DNA of 34,095 nucleotides, from positions 1-34,095 of the IMG/VR virus record IMGVR_UViG_3300012041_000046; one strand, written 5' to 3'. This DNA comes from a virus. Its lineage: Duplodnaviria; Caudoviricetes. Below, piece after piece: positions 7,641 through 17,720 of this stretch. A program made the translations under genes and the position numbers. The notes below the pieces were generated by a model. It was not told the DNA's origin. It ran no database searches and saw nothing but the letters and a program-made list of their open reading frames with translations. The stretch's first letter is position 1, and each line of letters starts with the position of its first letter.

Positions 7641-8089
7641 CGGCCCTGGCCGCGGTGATCGCGGCCACCCTGACGTTCCTGCCCCTGCAGCAGCCCACCG
7701 ACCTACCCGCACCACCCGCACCACCGCCGGCCGCCGAGGCCGAGCAGACTGCACCGGCCCCCGACTACGCCGCAGTCACCCGCCTGGTCCTGCTGGACCA
7801 GGCCGCCATGGCCGGCGACACCGCTGCCGCCGAGCAGCTGGTGCGCCTGTTCTGGCATCCCGACGACGACAAGGCGGTGCAGATAGCCCGCCGCGAATCG
7901 GGGCTGCGGTGCAACGCCCGCAACCCGCGCAGCAGCGCCAGCGGCCTGTTCCAAACGCTGCAGCTGCACGCCCCCCGCGCGCAGCGCATGGGGCTGTCGT
8001 GGGGCCAGGTGCAGTCCAGCTGCCTGGCGAACATCGCGGTGGCCCGAGCCCTGTACGCCGAGCAGGGATGGCGCCCCTGGCGCCTGTAG
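7637..8089 (+). CDS. Secreted lytic transglycosylase (SLT/lysozyme-like fold)
   Basis: Hydrophobic N-terminus, Pro-rich linker, IARRESG (catalytic Glu), ARNPRSSASGLFQ and ANIAVARALYAEQGWRPW. Confidence 0.85.
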   Translation: MTALAAVIAATLTFLPLQQPTDLPAPPAPPPAAEAEQTAPAPDYAAVTRLVLLDQAAMAGDTAAAEQLVRLFWHPDDDKAVQIARRESGLRCNARNPRSSASGLFQTLQLHAPRAQRMGLSWGQVQSSCLANIAVARALYAEQGWRPWRL

Positions 8090-8093
8090 CCCG

Positions 8094-8282
8094 ATGACCA
8101 CCACGGCCGAGGTGCTGGCCCTGGGCGGGCAGGTATTCCGCGCCGAGGTGCTGGTGCTGTGGCTGGGCCTGCCGAACCCGATGCTGGACGACGACGTGCC
8201 CGGCGAGCTGCTGGGCGCCGAGGCCGGCCGCGACCGCGTAGCGGCCCTGCTCGCCGCGCTGGCCGAGGGGGTGGTGCTGTGA
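8094..8282 (+). CDS. Hypothetical protein
   Basis: Fills the gap between genes; GTGA-coupled downstream. Confidence 0.5.
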   Translation: MTTTAEVLALGGQVFRAEVLVLWLGLPNPMLDDDVPGELLGAEAGRDRVAALLAALAEGVVL

Positions 8283-8641
8283 CAGCCGAGGTGGACCTGG
8301 CGGTGGACGCGCTGGCCGTCGCGCGGCTGACCCGGCTGGTGGTGGCTGACACCATCACCACCGGGCCGCGTGACGCGGTGATCAGGTGGGCCTACGCCCG
8401 AGCTGGGCGCGCCGGCGAGCTGGGCGACCGCGAGGAATGGGCGAGCCCGGCCGAGGTGGTGAACCTGGACCGGCACCCGCCGAAACTGGCGCGGCTGATC
8501 ACCTGCCCCTGGTGCGCCGGGGTGTGGGTCGGCGCCGGCGTCGTCGTGGTGCGCGCGGTGGCACCTCGGGCGTGGCGGCCGGTGGCCCGCATGCTGGCTG
8601 TCAGCGAGGCCGCGGGGCTGCTCGCCGGGTGGGAAGGGTGA
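8279..8641 (+). CDS. DUF1360-like membrane protein
   Basis: LAVARLTRLVVADTIT...LITCPWCAGVWV signature. Confidence 0.8.
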   Translation: MTAEVDLAVDALAVARLTRLVVADTITTGPRDAVIRWAYARAGRAGELGDREEWASPAEVVNLDRHPPKLARLITCPWCAGVWVGAGVVVVRAVAPRAWRPVARMLAVSEAAGLLAGWEG

Positions 8642-8841
8642 CGCCGGGCGCCCGGTTCGTGGCCCTGTACGGCGGGGTGTTCATGGTCGCGGCGTGCACC
8701 GAGGCGTTCGAACGGGGCGCCGGCCGCCGGTTCCCCGCGTGGGATCGGTTCGTGGTGCAGCTGGTCGTGGCCGTCGGTGTCGTGCTCGCCGGGGTGTACG
8801 CCATCACCCTGGCGTTCCTGCTGTGGGGCCGGTGGGGCTGA
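8638..8841 (+). CDS. Small two-TM membrane protein
   Basis: VTPGARFVALYGGVFMVAAC...FVVQLVVAVGVVLAGVYAITLAFLLW; GTGA and TGATG coupling. Confidence 0.6.
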   Translation: MTPGARFVALYGGVFMVAACTEAFERGAGRRFPAWDRFVVQLVVAVGVVLAGVYAITLAFLLWGRWG

Positions 8842-9092
8842 TGGCCGAGCCGAGCGAGGCGGTGCGCCGAGAGCTGTGGGCGTCCCGGCAGGCCGAGGCG
8901 ATGGCCCGCCTGGCAGCGGTGCGCAGCTACCTGGACGCGATCCTGGTGGGCGCGCAGACACCGAAACCGGGGGACCTGGCCCGAGCGTCGGGGCTGCTGC
9001 TGTACGCCGCCGGCGCGCTGATTGACGCCGACCAGCTGGGGGAACCTTCCCCGCAGCTGGACGTGCCCCTGCCCGAACCCCCGGCCGGATAG
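8841..9092 (+). CDS. Hypothetical helical protein
   Basis: MAEPSEAVRRELW...; TGATG-coupled. Confidence 0.6.
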   Translation: MAEPSEAVRRELWASRQAEAMARLAAVRSYLDAILVGAQTPKPGDLARASGLLLYAAGALIDADQLGEPSPQLDVPLPEPPAG

Positions 9093-9125
9093 CGTCCCGA
9101 ACGACACCGACGAAAGGAACCCCGC

Positions 9126-9596
9126 ATGACTGGAATCGACCCCGAGGCGATGGCGAAAGCGGTAGAGGGAGGCGCCGCATTCACCGAGCAGCAGCAGGCG
9201 CAGGCGGCAGCCGAGGCGCAGGCCGAGGCCGAGCGCGTCGCCGCGCACGAAGCTGCGAACCCGACGCTGCCGACGGTGGACAAGTTCCGCGAGGCCGGCG
9301 GCTATCTGCTGATGGACCCGCAATGGACGGTGGCCGAGGGGTTCGGGAAAACGGGCGCCGAGGCGAACACCCCCGAGGCCCGCACCGAGCTGATCGAAGG
9401 CCGCATCGCTGACGGGCTGACCGCAGCGTGGGATTCCGACGGGCTGAACCCGCTGCCGCTGACGCCGGCCGGCCAGGCGCACCTGCAGGGGTTCGCCGGC
9501 GCCGAGCGTCGCGAGGAAGCCCTGCGCATGGGCCTGGACGCCGCGACCTACGGCGCCAGTTCGCTCGGCGTGAACCTCGCCTGGCACGCCGCCTGA
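9126..9596 (+). CDS. Hypothetical Ala/Glu-rich protein
   Basis: Strong SD GAAAGGAA, upstream -10-like TAGCGT (9090-9095) and hairpins downstream. Confidence 0.75.
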   Translation: MTGIDPEAMAKAVEGGAAFTEQQQAQAAAEAQAEAERVAAHEAANPTLPTVDKFREAGGYLLMDPQWTVAEGFGKTGAEANTPEARTELIEGRIADGLTAAWDSDGLNPLPLTPAGQAHLQGFAGAERREEALRMGLDAATYGASSLGVNLAWHAA

Positions 9597-9608
9597 CCGT
9601 CCCCAGCT

Positions 9609-9750
9609 CGCCCGGCTAGTTCGCCTCGCCGGGCGCCCTGACACCGAGGCCCACCCGCCGGGGCTGGTGTCGGGGGTGGGCGCCCCTGCTGTCTGGCCGT
9701 GATGGCCGTGCAGCGGGGGCGGCCCACCGATCACCCCTGCGCTGCACGGC
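9609..9750 (+). other. Highly structured intergenic element (four stems, two mutually exclusive)
   Basis: Stems 9609-9616/9628-9635, 9636-9645/9666-9675, 9675-9691/9711-9728, and the alternative 9705-9715/9740-9750. Confidence 0.6.
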
Positions 9751-9770
9751 GCCGCATAAGGTTCCGCCCG

Positions 9771-12700
9771 GTGGCGCGCCGAGGGGACCAGGAACCGACA
9801 CGACGGCCCGCTATCGCGGCCGCGGCGCAGCGAATCAATCTGGCCGACCGGCGGGAGGCGGCCAAATACGCGGTAAAGCCGCAGTCATGGCACCCCGACG
9901 CGTGGGATGCGTTCGACGAGGTGCCCGAGGTGGGCGAATCGCTGACCTACCGGGCCGACCAGCTCGCGAAACTGCGCCTGTACGCCGCCGTCGCGAACCC
10001 CGACGACCCCGAGGGTGACCCGATCCCGCTGACCGACGAACGGGCAGCGTGCCCGCCGGCGGTGCAGGCAGCGGCGTCGGCCGAGGTGGCCCGGCTGCGC
10101 ACCCCGATGGGCGGGCAGGCCGAGATTCTGCGCCGGTACAGCCTGAACATTGACGTGGCCGGCGACCTGTGGCTGGTCGGGTTCGCTGCCCGCGAGCCCC
10201 GAGGCGACGGCGACCCAGGCGAGCCCGAATGCTGGAACATTCACAGCACCGACGAAATCCGCGAGGAAGGCGGCGAATTCACGGTGCTGGACCGGCCCGG
10301 CGACACCACCGGCCGGAAGCTGACCGCCGACGATTTCTGCAGCCGAATCTGGCGGCCGCATCCCCGCTGGGCGCTGCTGCCCTGGTCGCCGCTGTACCAC
10401 CTGCGCACCGACAGCCGGGTGGTCATCACCCTGAATCAGCAGGTGATCAGCGAGAGCCTTAGCACCCAGCCGGCCGGCATTCTGCTGGTCCCGAACGAAA
10501 TCGAATTCAAATGGCCGAAAGGGATCACCCCGCCCGAGGATGACCCGACGGCCGACCCGTTCATGGCGATTCTGGAACAGGCGATTATGGCGGCGGTGGC
10601 GTCGTTCGGTGACGCCGCCTCGCAGTTCCCGCTGGTGATCCGCGGCGCGGCCGAGCACCTGAAACCCGACGTGCTGCGCCACCTTTCGCTGGCCCGCACG
10701 CCCGACACGAACACCGAGGATCGGATACGGGCGAGGGTGGAACGCATCGCGAGGGGCCTGCCGCTGCCGGTGGAGAAAGTGATGGGCCACCAGCAGACCA
10801 CCTACGCGAACGCGTACCAGGTGGACCGGGACGAATTCACCGACTACCTGCAGCCGACCGCCGACGCGATGATGACGACGCTGGGGTATGTATTCCTGAC
10901 GCCGCACCTGCACGAAAACGAGGCGGTGACCGACGGGTGGGCCGACCGCATCGTGCTCGGGTACGACGCCAGCACCCTGTTCAGCGACCCCGACCCGGCC
11001 GACAGCGCCGATTTCGGGCTGCGCGAGGGTGTCGTGCGGCCGGCGAGCTGGCGCGCGGCGAAAGGCTGGACCGAGGACGACGCCCCCGACCCGCTGGAAC
11101 TGCTCGCCCGCCTCGGGTTCAACCGGGGTGCGGTGGACCCGGCGATGACCGCCGAGCTGCTGGCCGACGCCGCCGCCGCCGCCGGCCTGGACCTGACCCC
11201 CGCCGAGGCGCAGGCGATGGCCGAGGCGTCACCCGCCGAGGCCGCGGTGCTGGCCGTGGTGTGGCAGGCGGCCCGAGCGCGTGGGATGCCGCCGCCGGGG
11301 ATTAGGCCCCGCCCGGTACGGGCACGCCAGGCCGGGGCCGTGGAAGTCACCAGCAGCCCCGTAGCCCTGACGGCGGGGACACCCCGCCCCCTGCCGCTGG
11401 CTGACGCCGGCGCCCGCCTGACAGCGATTGACCGGGACCTGCGAGCCCGGCTGGTCGCCGCGGCTGACAGCGCCATGGGCCGCGTGCTGGAAAAGGCGGG
11501 GAATCAGCTGCGGAACGTGGCCCGCAAACATCAGGTGACCGCCGCGCTGTCGTGCCCCCCCGATCAGGTGGCGGGGCTGCTCGGCAGGGGGCTGGTCGCC
11601 GCGGCCGGCGCCGACGTGCTGGACGAACCGGCGGTGTGGGAACCGTACCGGCGGCAGTTCATGGCGTGGGGCGACCGAGCGCAGGGCGAGGCCCGAGAGC
11701 TGGCCGGCCGGGTGGCCGGGGGGTTCACCAGCTCGCAGCGGTCGGCGCTGCAGCTACGCCAGGCCGACGATTTGGACACCGCCTGGAAATGGCTGCAGGG
11801 CCAAATGGGTGCGCTGTCAAAGGCGCAGCTGTTCGACCCGACGGGGATACCGCACGACCCGCTGGGCGAATTCGACCCGACCAGCCGGGTGCCGACGGGG
11901 CTGCTGCGGCAGGCGCTGGCGATAGCCGGCGGGTCACCGCTGCAGGTGCTGCACGGCGAGCAGCCGGCGGGGACACCGCAGCACCTGGGCGAGGCGTGGA
12001 TTTCGCCGGGGACCGAGGTGCCGGGAGGCGTCGCGGCCGGCCCCCGAATCCTCGGCGCGATGCGGGACGCCGGCGTGGAAGTGCACGCCTACCGGTGGGT
12101 GTACGGGCCGGCGCTGCGCGCGCACCCGTTCCTGCCGCACCTCGCGCTGGACGGGCTGACGTTCGAATCGTTCACCAGCGACCAGCTGCAGGTGGTCGGC
12201 GGGTTCCCACCTCGCAGCCATTATCTGCCCGGCGACCACGTGGGGTGTGTGTGTGACGTGGAACCGCTGCTGCGCGCCATGCAAGGCGGCGACCATCCCG
12301 AGGCCCCGAAACCGCTACCCCCGACGCCGCCGCCGGCGCCGAAAGCCAAGCGGGTGCGGAAGGCCGCCGGCCCTGTCGCGCCGCCGCTGCCGGCCCGCAC
12401 CGTTTCGGGGCCGGTCGCCGGCGCCGACGTGCAGCTGCAGCAGCTGCTCGCCCGCCACGTGCAGGGCACCTGGAATGAGGCCCGCGACCCGGCGGTGGAC
12501 GCCCTGGTGGACCGCACCGCCTCGCACCTCGCCCGGCCCGAGCTGGGGGACCTGCTGCGCTCGGCTGACCGGGACGAATCGAACCTGCTGGACCTGGTGG
12601 TGGGCGACCCCGCGCAATGGTCCGAACGGTTCGTGGCGCGTGGCGGCGGCGGCAACACACACGATTCGTTCGGGCTGCTGATCACCGAGCCGGTGGACGC

Positions 12701-13814
12701 CGCCCGCGTCGCGGCGCGTGCCCGAGAAACGGTGAACTGGGCCAGGTACGACCCGCGGGACCCGATCATCATGGTGAACCTGGGCACCGACCCGGTGACG
12801 GGCGGCAGCCGGCCGGTGATCATCAGGGGCGCCGAGCGGCTGCTGGCCGCGCTGGAACAGGGCGTGGAATCCCCGAGGGTGCGAGAGCTGCGCAGCGACC
12901 TGTTCGCTGACGTGCTGGGCGACCCGCAGCTGATCCCCGAAAGCGCGAGGGGCGCTGCGTTCGCCGCAGCGGTCGATATCGCCGCCGAATCGCAGGCCGC
13001 CGCGGTCGCCCGACGTGAGGCGCTGGGGCCGATCCCGCCCGACCTGAAAACGGGGAAGGCGGTCACCGAGGCGTTCCTGGACCGGTGGGGCGACCGGGGG
13101 GTGGGGAAACCCCCGGTGCGGGCTGACTTTTCGAATATGCCGGCGAACGTGGCATATGAGGTGGCCGACCAGCTGGACATTCTGATGCGCGCCCATCCCG
13201 AGGTCGCTGACACGGTGCGCACCATCGGCACCCCGACGTTCGTAAAGGATCACCTGCCGGGCGGGGTGCGGCTGCGGGGGATGGGTTCGAACACCTGGGC
13301 CGACGCCACCGATATCGGCACGCTGCGGTTCAACCCGTCCTATTTCGGGAAGGCCGGCGCCGCCATGAAACGGGGGCAGGGCATGGCGACCCGCGACGGG
13401 GCGCTGACGCCGCACCTGCGCTATCTGGAAGCGTCCCGCGGGGAGGGTGTGCCGCGCATCGGGTTCCACGTGGACCTGGGCGATGCGGAAGTGTCGAACG
13501 CCCGAGGGATCGTCACCCATGAATTCGGCCACCTGATTGACTTTCACGCGCGCAAGGTGATGGACGGCAGCAGCCGCGCCATGGGCGAGGTGTACCGCCG
13601 CCAGAACCTGTACGTGACCCAGGCCGGCGAGCTGGGCCAGTCCCGCACCGAAACGATCATGGTGCAGCTGTCCCGCTACGCCGCCAAGAATTCGCAGGAA
13701 ACGATGGCCGAGGCGACGACCCAGGCGCTGCTGTCCAGTAACCCGTCGCAGCTGGCGACGAACCTTTACCAGCTGATCCGCGACGCTGCCCGAGGGAGGC
13801 TGCCCGACCTATGA
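9771..13814 (+). CDS. Portal protein fused to MuF-like, ParB/Srx-like and HEXXH metallopeptidase domains
   Basis: N-terminus resembles cluster-B-type portals (SWHPDAWDAFDEV, VAGDLWL, RIWRPHPR..SP, GILLVPNE). MuF-like YRWVYG...HLALDG...PGDHVGCVC, ParB-like DPII...IIRGAERLLAA, and THEFGH...SRYAAKNSQETMAEA follow. GTG 9771 after TAAGGT is preferred over 9699. Confidence 0.8.
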   Translation: MARRGDQEPTRRPAIAAAAQRINLADRREAAKYAVKPQSWHPDAWDAFDEVPEVGESLTYRADQLAKLRLYAAVANPDDPEGDPIPLTDERAACPPAVQAAASAEVARLRTPMGGQAEILRRYSLNIDVAGDLWLVGFAAREPRGDGDPGEPECWNIHSTDEIREEGGEFTVLDRPGDTTGRKLTADDFCSRIWRPHPRWALLPWSPLYHLRTDSRVVITLNQQVISESLSTQPAGILLVPNEIEFKWPKGITPPEDDPTADPFMAILEQAIMAAVASFGDAASQFPLVIRGAAEHLKPDVLRHLSLARTPDTNTEDRIRARVERIARGLPLPVEKVMGHQQTTYANAYQVDRDEFTDYLQPTADAMMTTLGYVFLTPHLHENEAVTDGWADRIVLGYDASTLFSDPDPADSADFGLREGVVRPASWRAAKGWTEDDAPDPLELLARLGFNRGAVDPAMTAELLADAAAAAGLDLTPAEAQAMAEASPAEAAVLAVVWQAARARGMPPPGIRPRPVRARQAGAVEVTSSPVALTAGTPRPLPLADAGARLTAIDRDLRARLVAAADSAMGRVLEKAGNQLRNVARKHQVTAALSCPPDQVAGLLGRGLVAAAGADVLDEPAVWEPYRRQFMAWGDRAQGEARELAGRVAGGFTSSQRSALQLRQADDLDTAWKWLQGQMGALSKAQLFDPTGIPHDPLGEFDPTSRVPTGLLRQALAIAGGSPLQVLHGEQPAGTPQHLGEAWISPGTEVPGGVAAGPRILGAMRDAGVEVHAYRWVYGPALRAHPFLPHLALDGLTFESFTSDQLQVVGGFPPRSHYLPGDHVGCVCDVEPLLRAMQGGDHPEAPKPLPPTPPPAPKAKRVRKAAGPVAPPLPARTVSGPVAGADVQLQQLLARHVQGTWNEARDPAVDALVDRTASHLARPELGDLLRSADRDESNLLDLVVGDPAQWSERFVARGGGGNTHDSFGLLITEPVDAARVAARARETVNWARYDPRDPIIMVNLGTDPVTGGSRPVIIRGAERLLAALEQGVESPRVRELRSDLFADVLGDPQLIPESARGAAFAAAVDIAAESQAAAVARREALGPIPPDLKTGKAVTEAFLDRWGDRGVGKPPVRADFSNMPANVAYEVADQLDILMRAHPEVADTVRTIGTPTFVKDHLPGGVRLRGMGSNTWADATDIGTLRFNPSYFGKAGAAMKRGQGMATRDGALTPHLRYLEASRGEGVPRIGFHVDLGDAEVSNARGIVTHEFGHLIDFHARKVMDGSSRAMGEVYRRQNLYVTQAGELGQSRTETIMVQLSRYAAKNSQETMAEATTQALLSSNPSQLATNLYQLIRDAARGRLPDL

Positions 13815-14065
13815 CCGAACCCGCCCGACCCCCCCTATGCGTTTCGTGCGCGCACCTGCACGCCGACACCTGGCCCGACCCGCCGAGCTGCGAGGCGTTC
13901 CCCGCCGGCATCCCCGACGGCATTTACGACGAACTGGGCGACCATCGGGGGCCGTGGCCGGGCGACAACGGCGTGCAGTTCCTGCTCGCCGCTGGCCGCG
14001 AGGCCGACCTGGCGCAGTTCGACACCGCCCGAGCCGAGCTGGACGTGATCGAATCGGCCGGCTGA
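13811..14065 (+). CDS. Small Cys/His protein (CxxCxH...C-x-AFPxGIP...DH..P..GDNG), candidate partner or immunity protein
   Basis: ATGA-coupled to the portal fusion. From recall, this motif often follows MuF-metallopeptidase genes in phages. Confidence 0.75.
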   Translation: MTEPARPPLCVSCAHLHADTWPDPPSCEAFPAGIPDGIYDELGDHRGPWPGDNGVQFLLAAGREADLAQFDTARAELDVIESAG

Positions 14066-14092
14066 TCCCCCGGCCGGCCGGGCGCGCGGGGG

Positions 14093-14098
14093 TACGAT
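14093..14098 (+). promoter_or_regulatory. -10 element TACGAT, leaderless
   Basis: 7 nt before ATG 14106, no SD. Confidence 0.55.
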
Positions 14099-14105
14099 CC
14101 GCGCC

Positions 14106-15773
14106 ATGGCCCGAGCTGCGCTGATCCGCGAGGCCGGCACCGGCTGGGAGCTGCACGACGGCGACCTGGTGCTGGCGACGTTCCCGACCTACGCCGAGGC
14201 GGTGCGCCAGCTCGCAGCCGACCTGGACGACGACCCCGACGCCGGCGAGCCCGGCGGGGACGGGCTGCTGGCCGAATCGTGGGTGTCTGACGCCGGCATT
14301 GCGTTCAATGAACAGCCCGAGCCACAGCGCGATTTCACGAACGCCAGCTGGACGTGGCGGGACCCGAACGAATCGCTGCTGCCGCTGATGTTGCAAACCG
14401 AAACCGAGCAGGGCCATTTCGGGGCTGTGCTCGCCGGCTATATCACCCAGCTGTCGGCCGGGGATGGTGCCGTGGCCGCCGCCGGGCGGTTCTATGACAC
14501 CGACGACGGGCGGGAGGCGCGGGACCTGCTGCTGGGGGGCCGCAGGTTCGGCGTCAGCGTGGACGGCGGCGCGAACACCGAGGCCGAGGTGGAATGCACC
14601 GCCGAGGACGACGACGGGTTTTGCATGGACGTGGTGGCCCGGTTCGGGCAGTTCGAAATCATCGGCCTGACCATGACCCCGTTCCCGGCGTTCGCCCGCG
14701 CGGCCATCGTGCTGGGCGACCCCGCAGCGACCGATGACGCCGAGCCGACCGAGGCCGAGGTGGCCGACGACGACGCCGCGCTGGCCGTGCTCGCCGGGGC
14801 GATCACCGCCGCCGGCGCCCGCGACGCCGCGAGGGTGGCCGACCTGCGAGCACGCCCGCCGGCGTACTGGCTGACGATGCCCGAGCCCGAGCTGGGCGAC
14901 CCGCTGCTGATCCAGCAGGACGACACCGGGAACCGGTGGGGGGTGCCGTTCACCGTGACCGACGACGGGCACGCGTTCGGGCACCTCGCCCTGTGGGGGG
15001 AGTGTCTGCGCATCAGCCCGACCCAGGCGAACCTGTGCCTGGAACCGCCCGACAGCCCGAGCGCATACGCCGAATTCCACAAGTCTGGCGCCGTGCTCGC
15101 TGACGACGGCGTGACCTACCCGACGGGGTGCCTGGTGGTCGGCTGCGACCACTACCCGGTAAGCCCCTGGGAGGCCGACCGGTCCACCCATGGCGCCGTG
15201 CGGGACTGGTACGCCGCGGCGGGGTTCGGGTTCGCTGACCTGCGCGCCAGCAGCGGCGCGTTCGGGGTGTGGGTCACCGGTCGGGTGCGGCCCGACGTGA
15301 ACGACCTGCAGCTGTCCATCGCGCGGGCGTTGTCCCCGAGCGGCGACTGGAACCCCGAGGGGGAAAAGGGTTTCGAGCTGTGCGCGGCGCTGCTGGTGAA
15401 CCGGCCCGGCTACCCGGTGGCGCGGGAACGCCCGATGCTGACGCCGGCGCTGGTCGCCGCCGCCGGCATGGACCCGTCGGTGATGACCCCGACCCGCCCG
15501 CGGGTGTACGTGCGCGGCGACCGGGTGCTGGCAATGACCGGGGTGGGCATGGTGCGCGCCTGCGCCAAATGCCGCGAGGCCGAACTGGCCGGCCGCGCCG
15601 GGCGCCGCCCGACCGCCGACGGCGAGGTGCTGCGCAGGGCTGTGCGGCTGCTGGAAACGCTGGAAGTTCGCACCCGGCACCTGACACCCGCCGCGCGCCA
15701 GGCGGCCATCACCCGTTTGCGGGACGCCGCCGGTGTATCTTCCCGCCAGGAACCGGGCACAACGTCGGCCTAG
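14106..15773 (+). CDS. Capsid maturation protease (cluster-B-like)
   Basis: LPLM-x-Q...GH-x-GA, GVSVD, PFPAF, FGHLA-x-W, PPDS...Y..FH and SGDW...EL-x-AAL-x-VN-x-PG-x-P motifs; located between portal and capsid. Confidence 0.8.
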   Translation: MARAALIREAGTGWELHDGDLVLATFPTYAEAVRQLAADLDDDPDAGEPGGDGLLAESWVSDAGIAFNEQPEPQRDFTNASWTWRDPNESLLPLMLQTETEQGHFGAVLAGYITQLSAGDGAVAAAGRFYDTDDGREARDLLLGGRRFGVSVDGGANTEAEVECTAEDDDGFCMDVVARFGQFEIIGLTMTPFPAFARAAIVLGDPAATDDAEPTEAEVADDDAALAVLAGAITAAGARDAARVADLRARPPAYWLTMPEPELGDPLLIQQDDTGNRWGVPFTVTDDGHAFGHLALWGECLRISPTQANLCLEPPDSPSAYAEFHKSGAVLADDGVTYPTGCLVVGCDHYPVSPWEADRSTHGAVRDWYAAAGFGFADLRASSGAFGVWVTGRVRPDVNDLQLSIARALSPSGDWNPEGEKGFELCAALLVNRPGYPVARERPMLTPALVAAAGMDPSVMTPTRPRVYVRGDRVLAMTGVGMVRACAKCREAELAGRAGRRPTADGEVLRRAVRLLETLEVRTRHLTPAARQAAITRLRDAAGVSSRQEPGTTSA

Positions 15774-15859
15774 CCGGCTAGTGCTGGGCGCCGGCGGCTA
15801 AGCCCGCGGCACCCCTGCCCCGTTACGTCACTCACCCGACGAACGAACAGGGGCACACC

Positions 15860-17650
<1,791 letters not shown>

Positions 17651-17671
17651 CCGGCCGGGATCACTGGAACT

Positions 17672-17701
17672 GGGGGGCCGGCCGTCACTGGTCGGCCCCC
17701 C
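17672..17701 (+). terminator. GC-rich hairpin after the major capsid gene (no U-tract)
   Basis: GGGGGGCCGGCCG-TCAC-TGGTCGGCCCCCC, 13 bp with 2 G-U pairs. Confidence 0.65.
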
Positions 17702-17720
17702 CTGACCCCGAGGGGGCGCC

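Noticed and set aside
9699-9770. Upstream start for the portal ORF
   Set aside because: It lies inside the hairpin region. GTG 9771 follows a -10-like box and precedes the conserved-looking sequence.
14069-14082. Perfect palindrome CCCGGCCGGCCGGG upstream of the protease promoter
   Set aside because: Pure G/C and a single occurrence; it cannot be told apart from chance.
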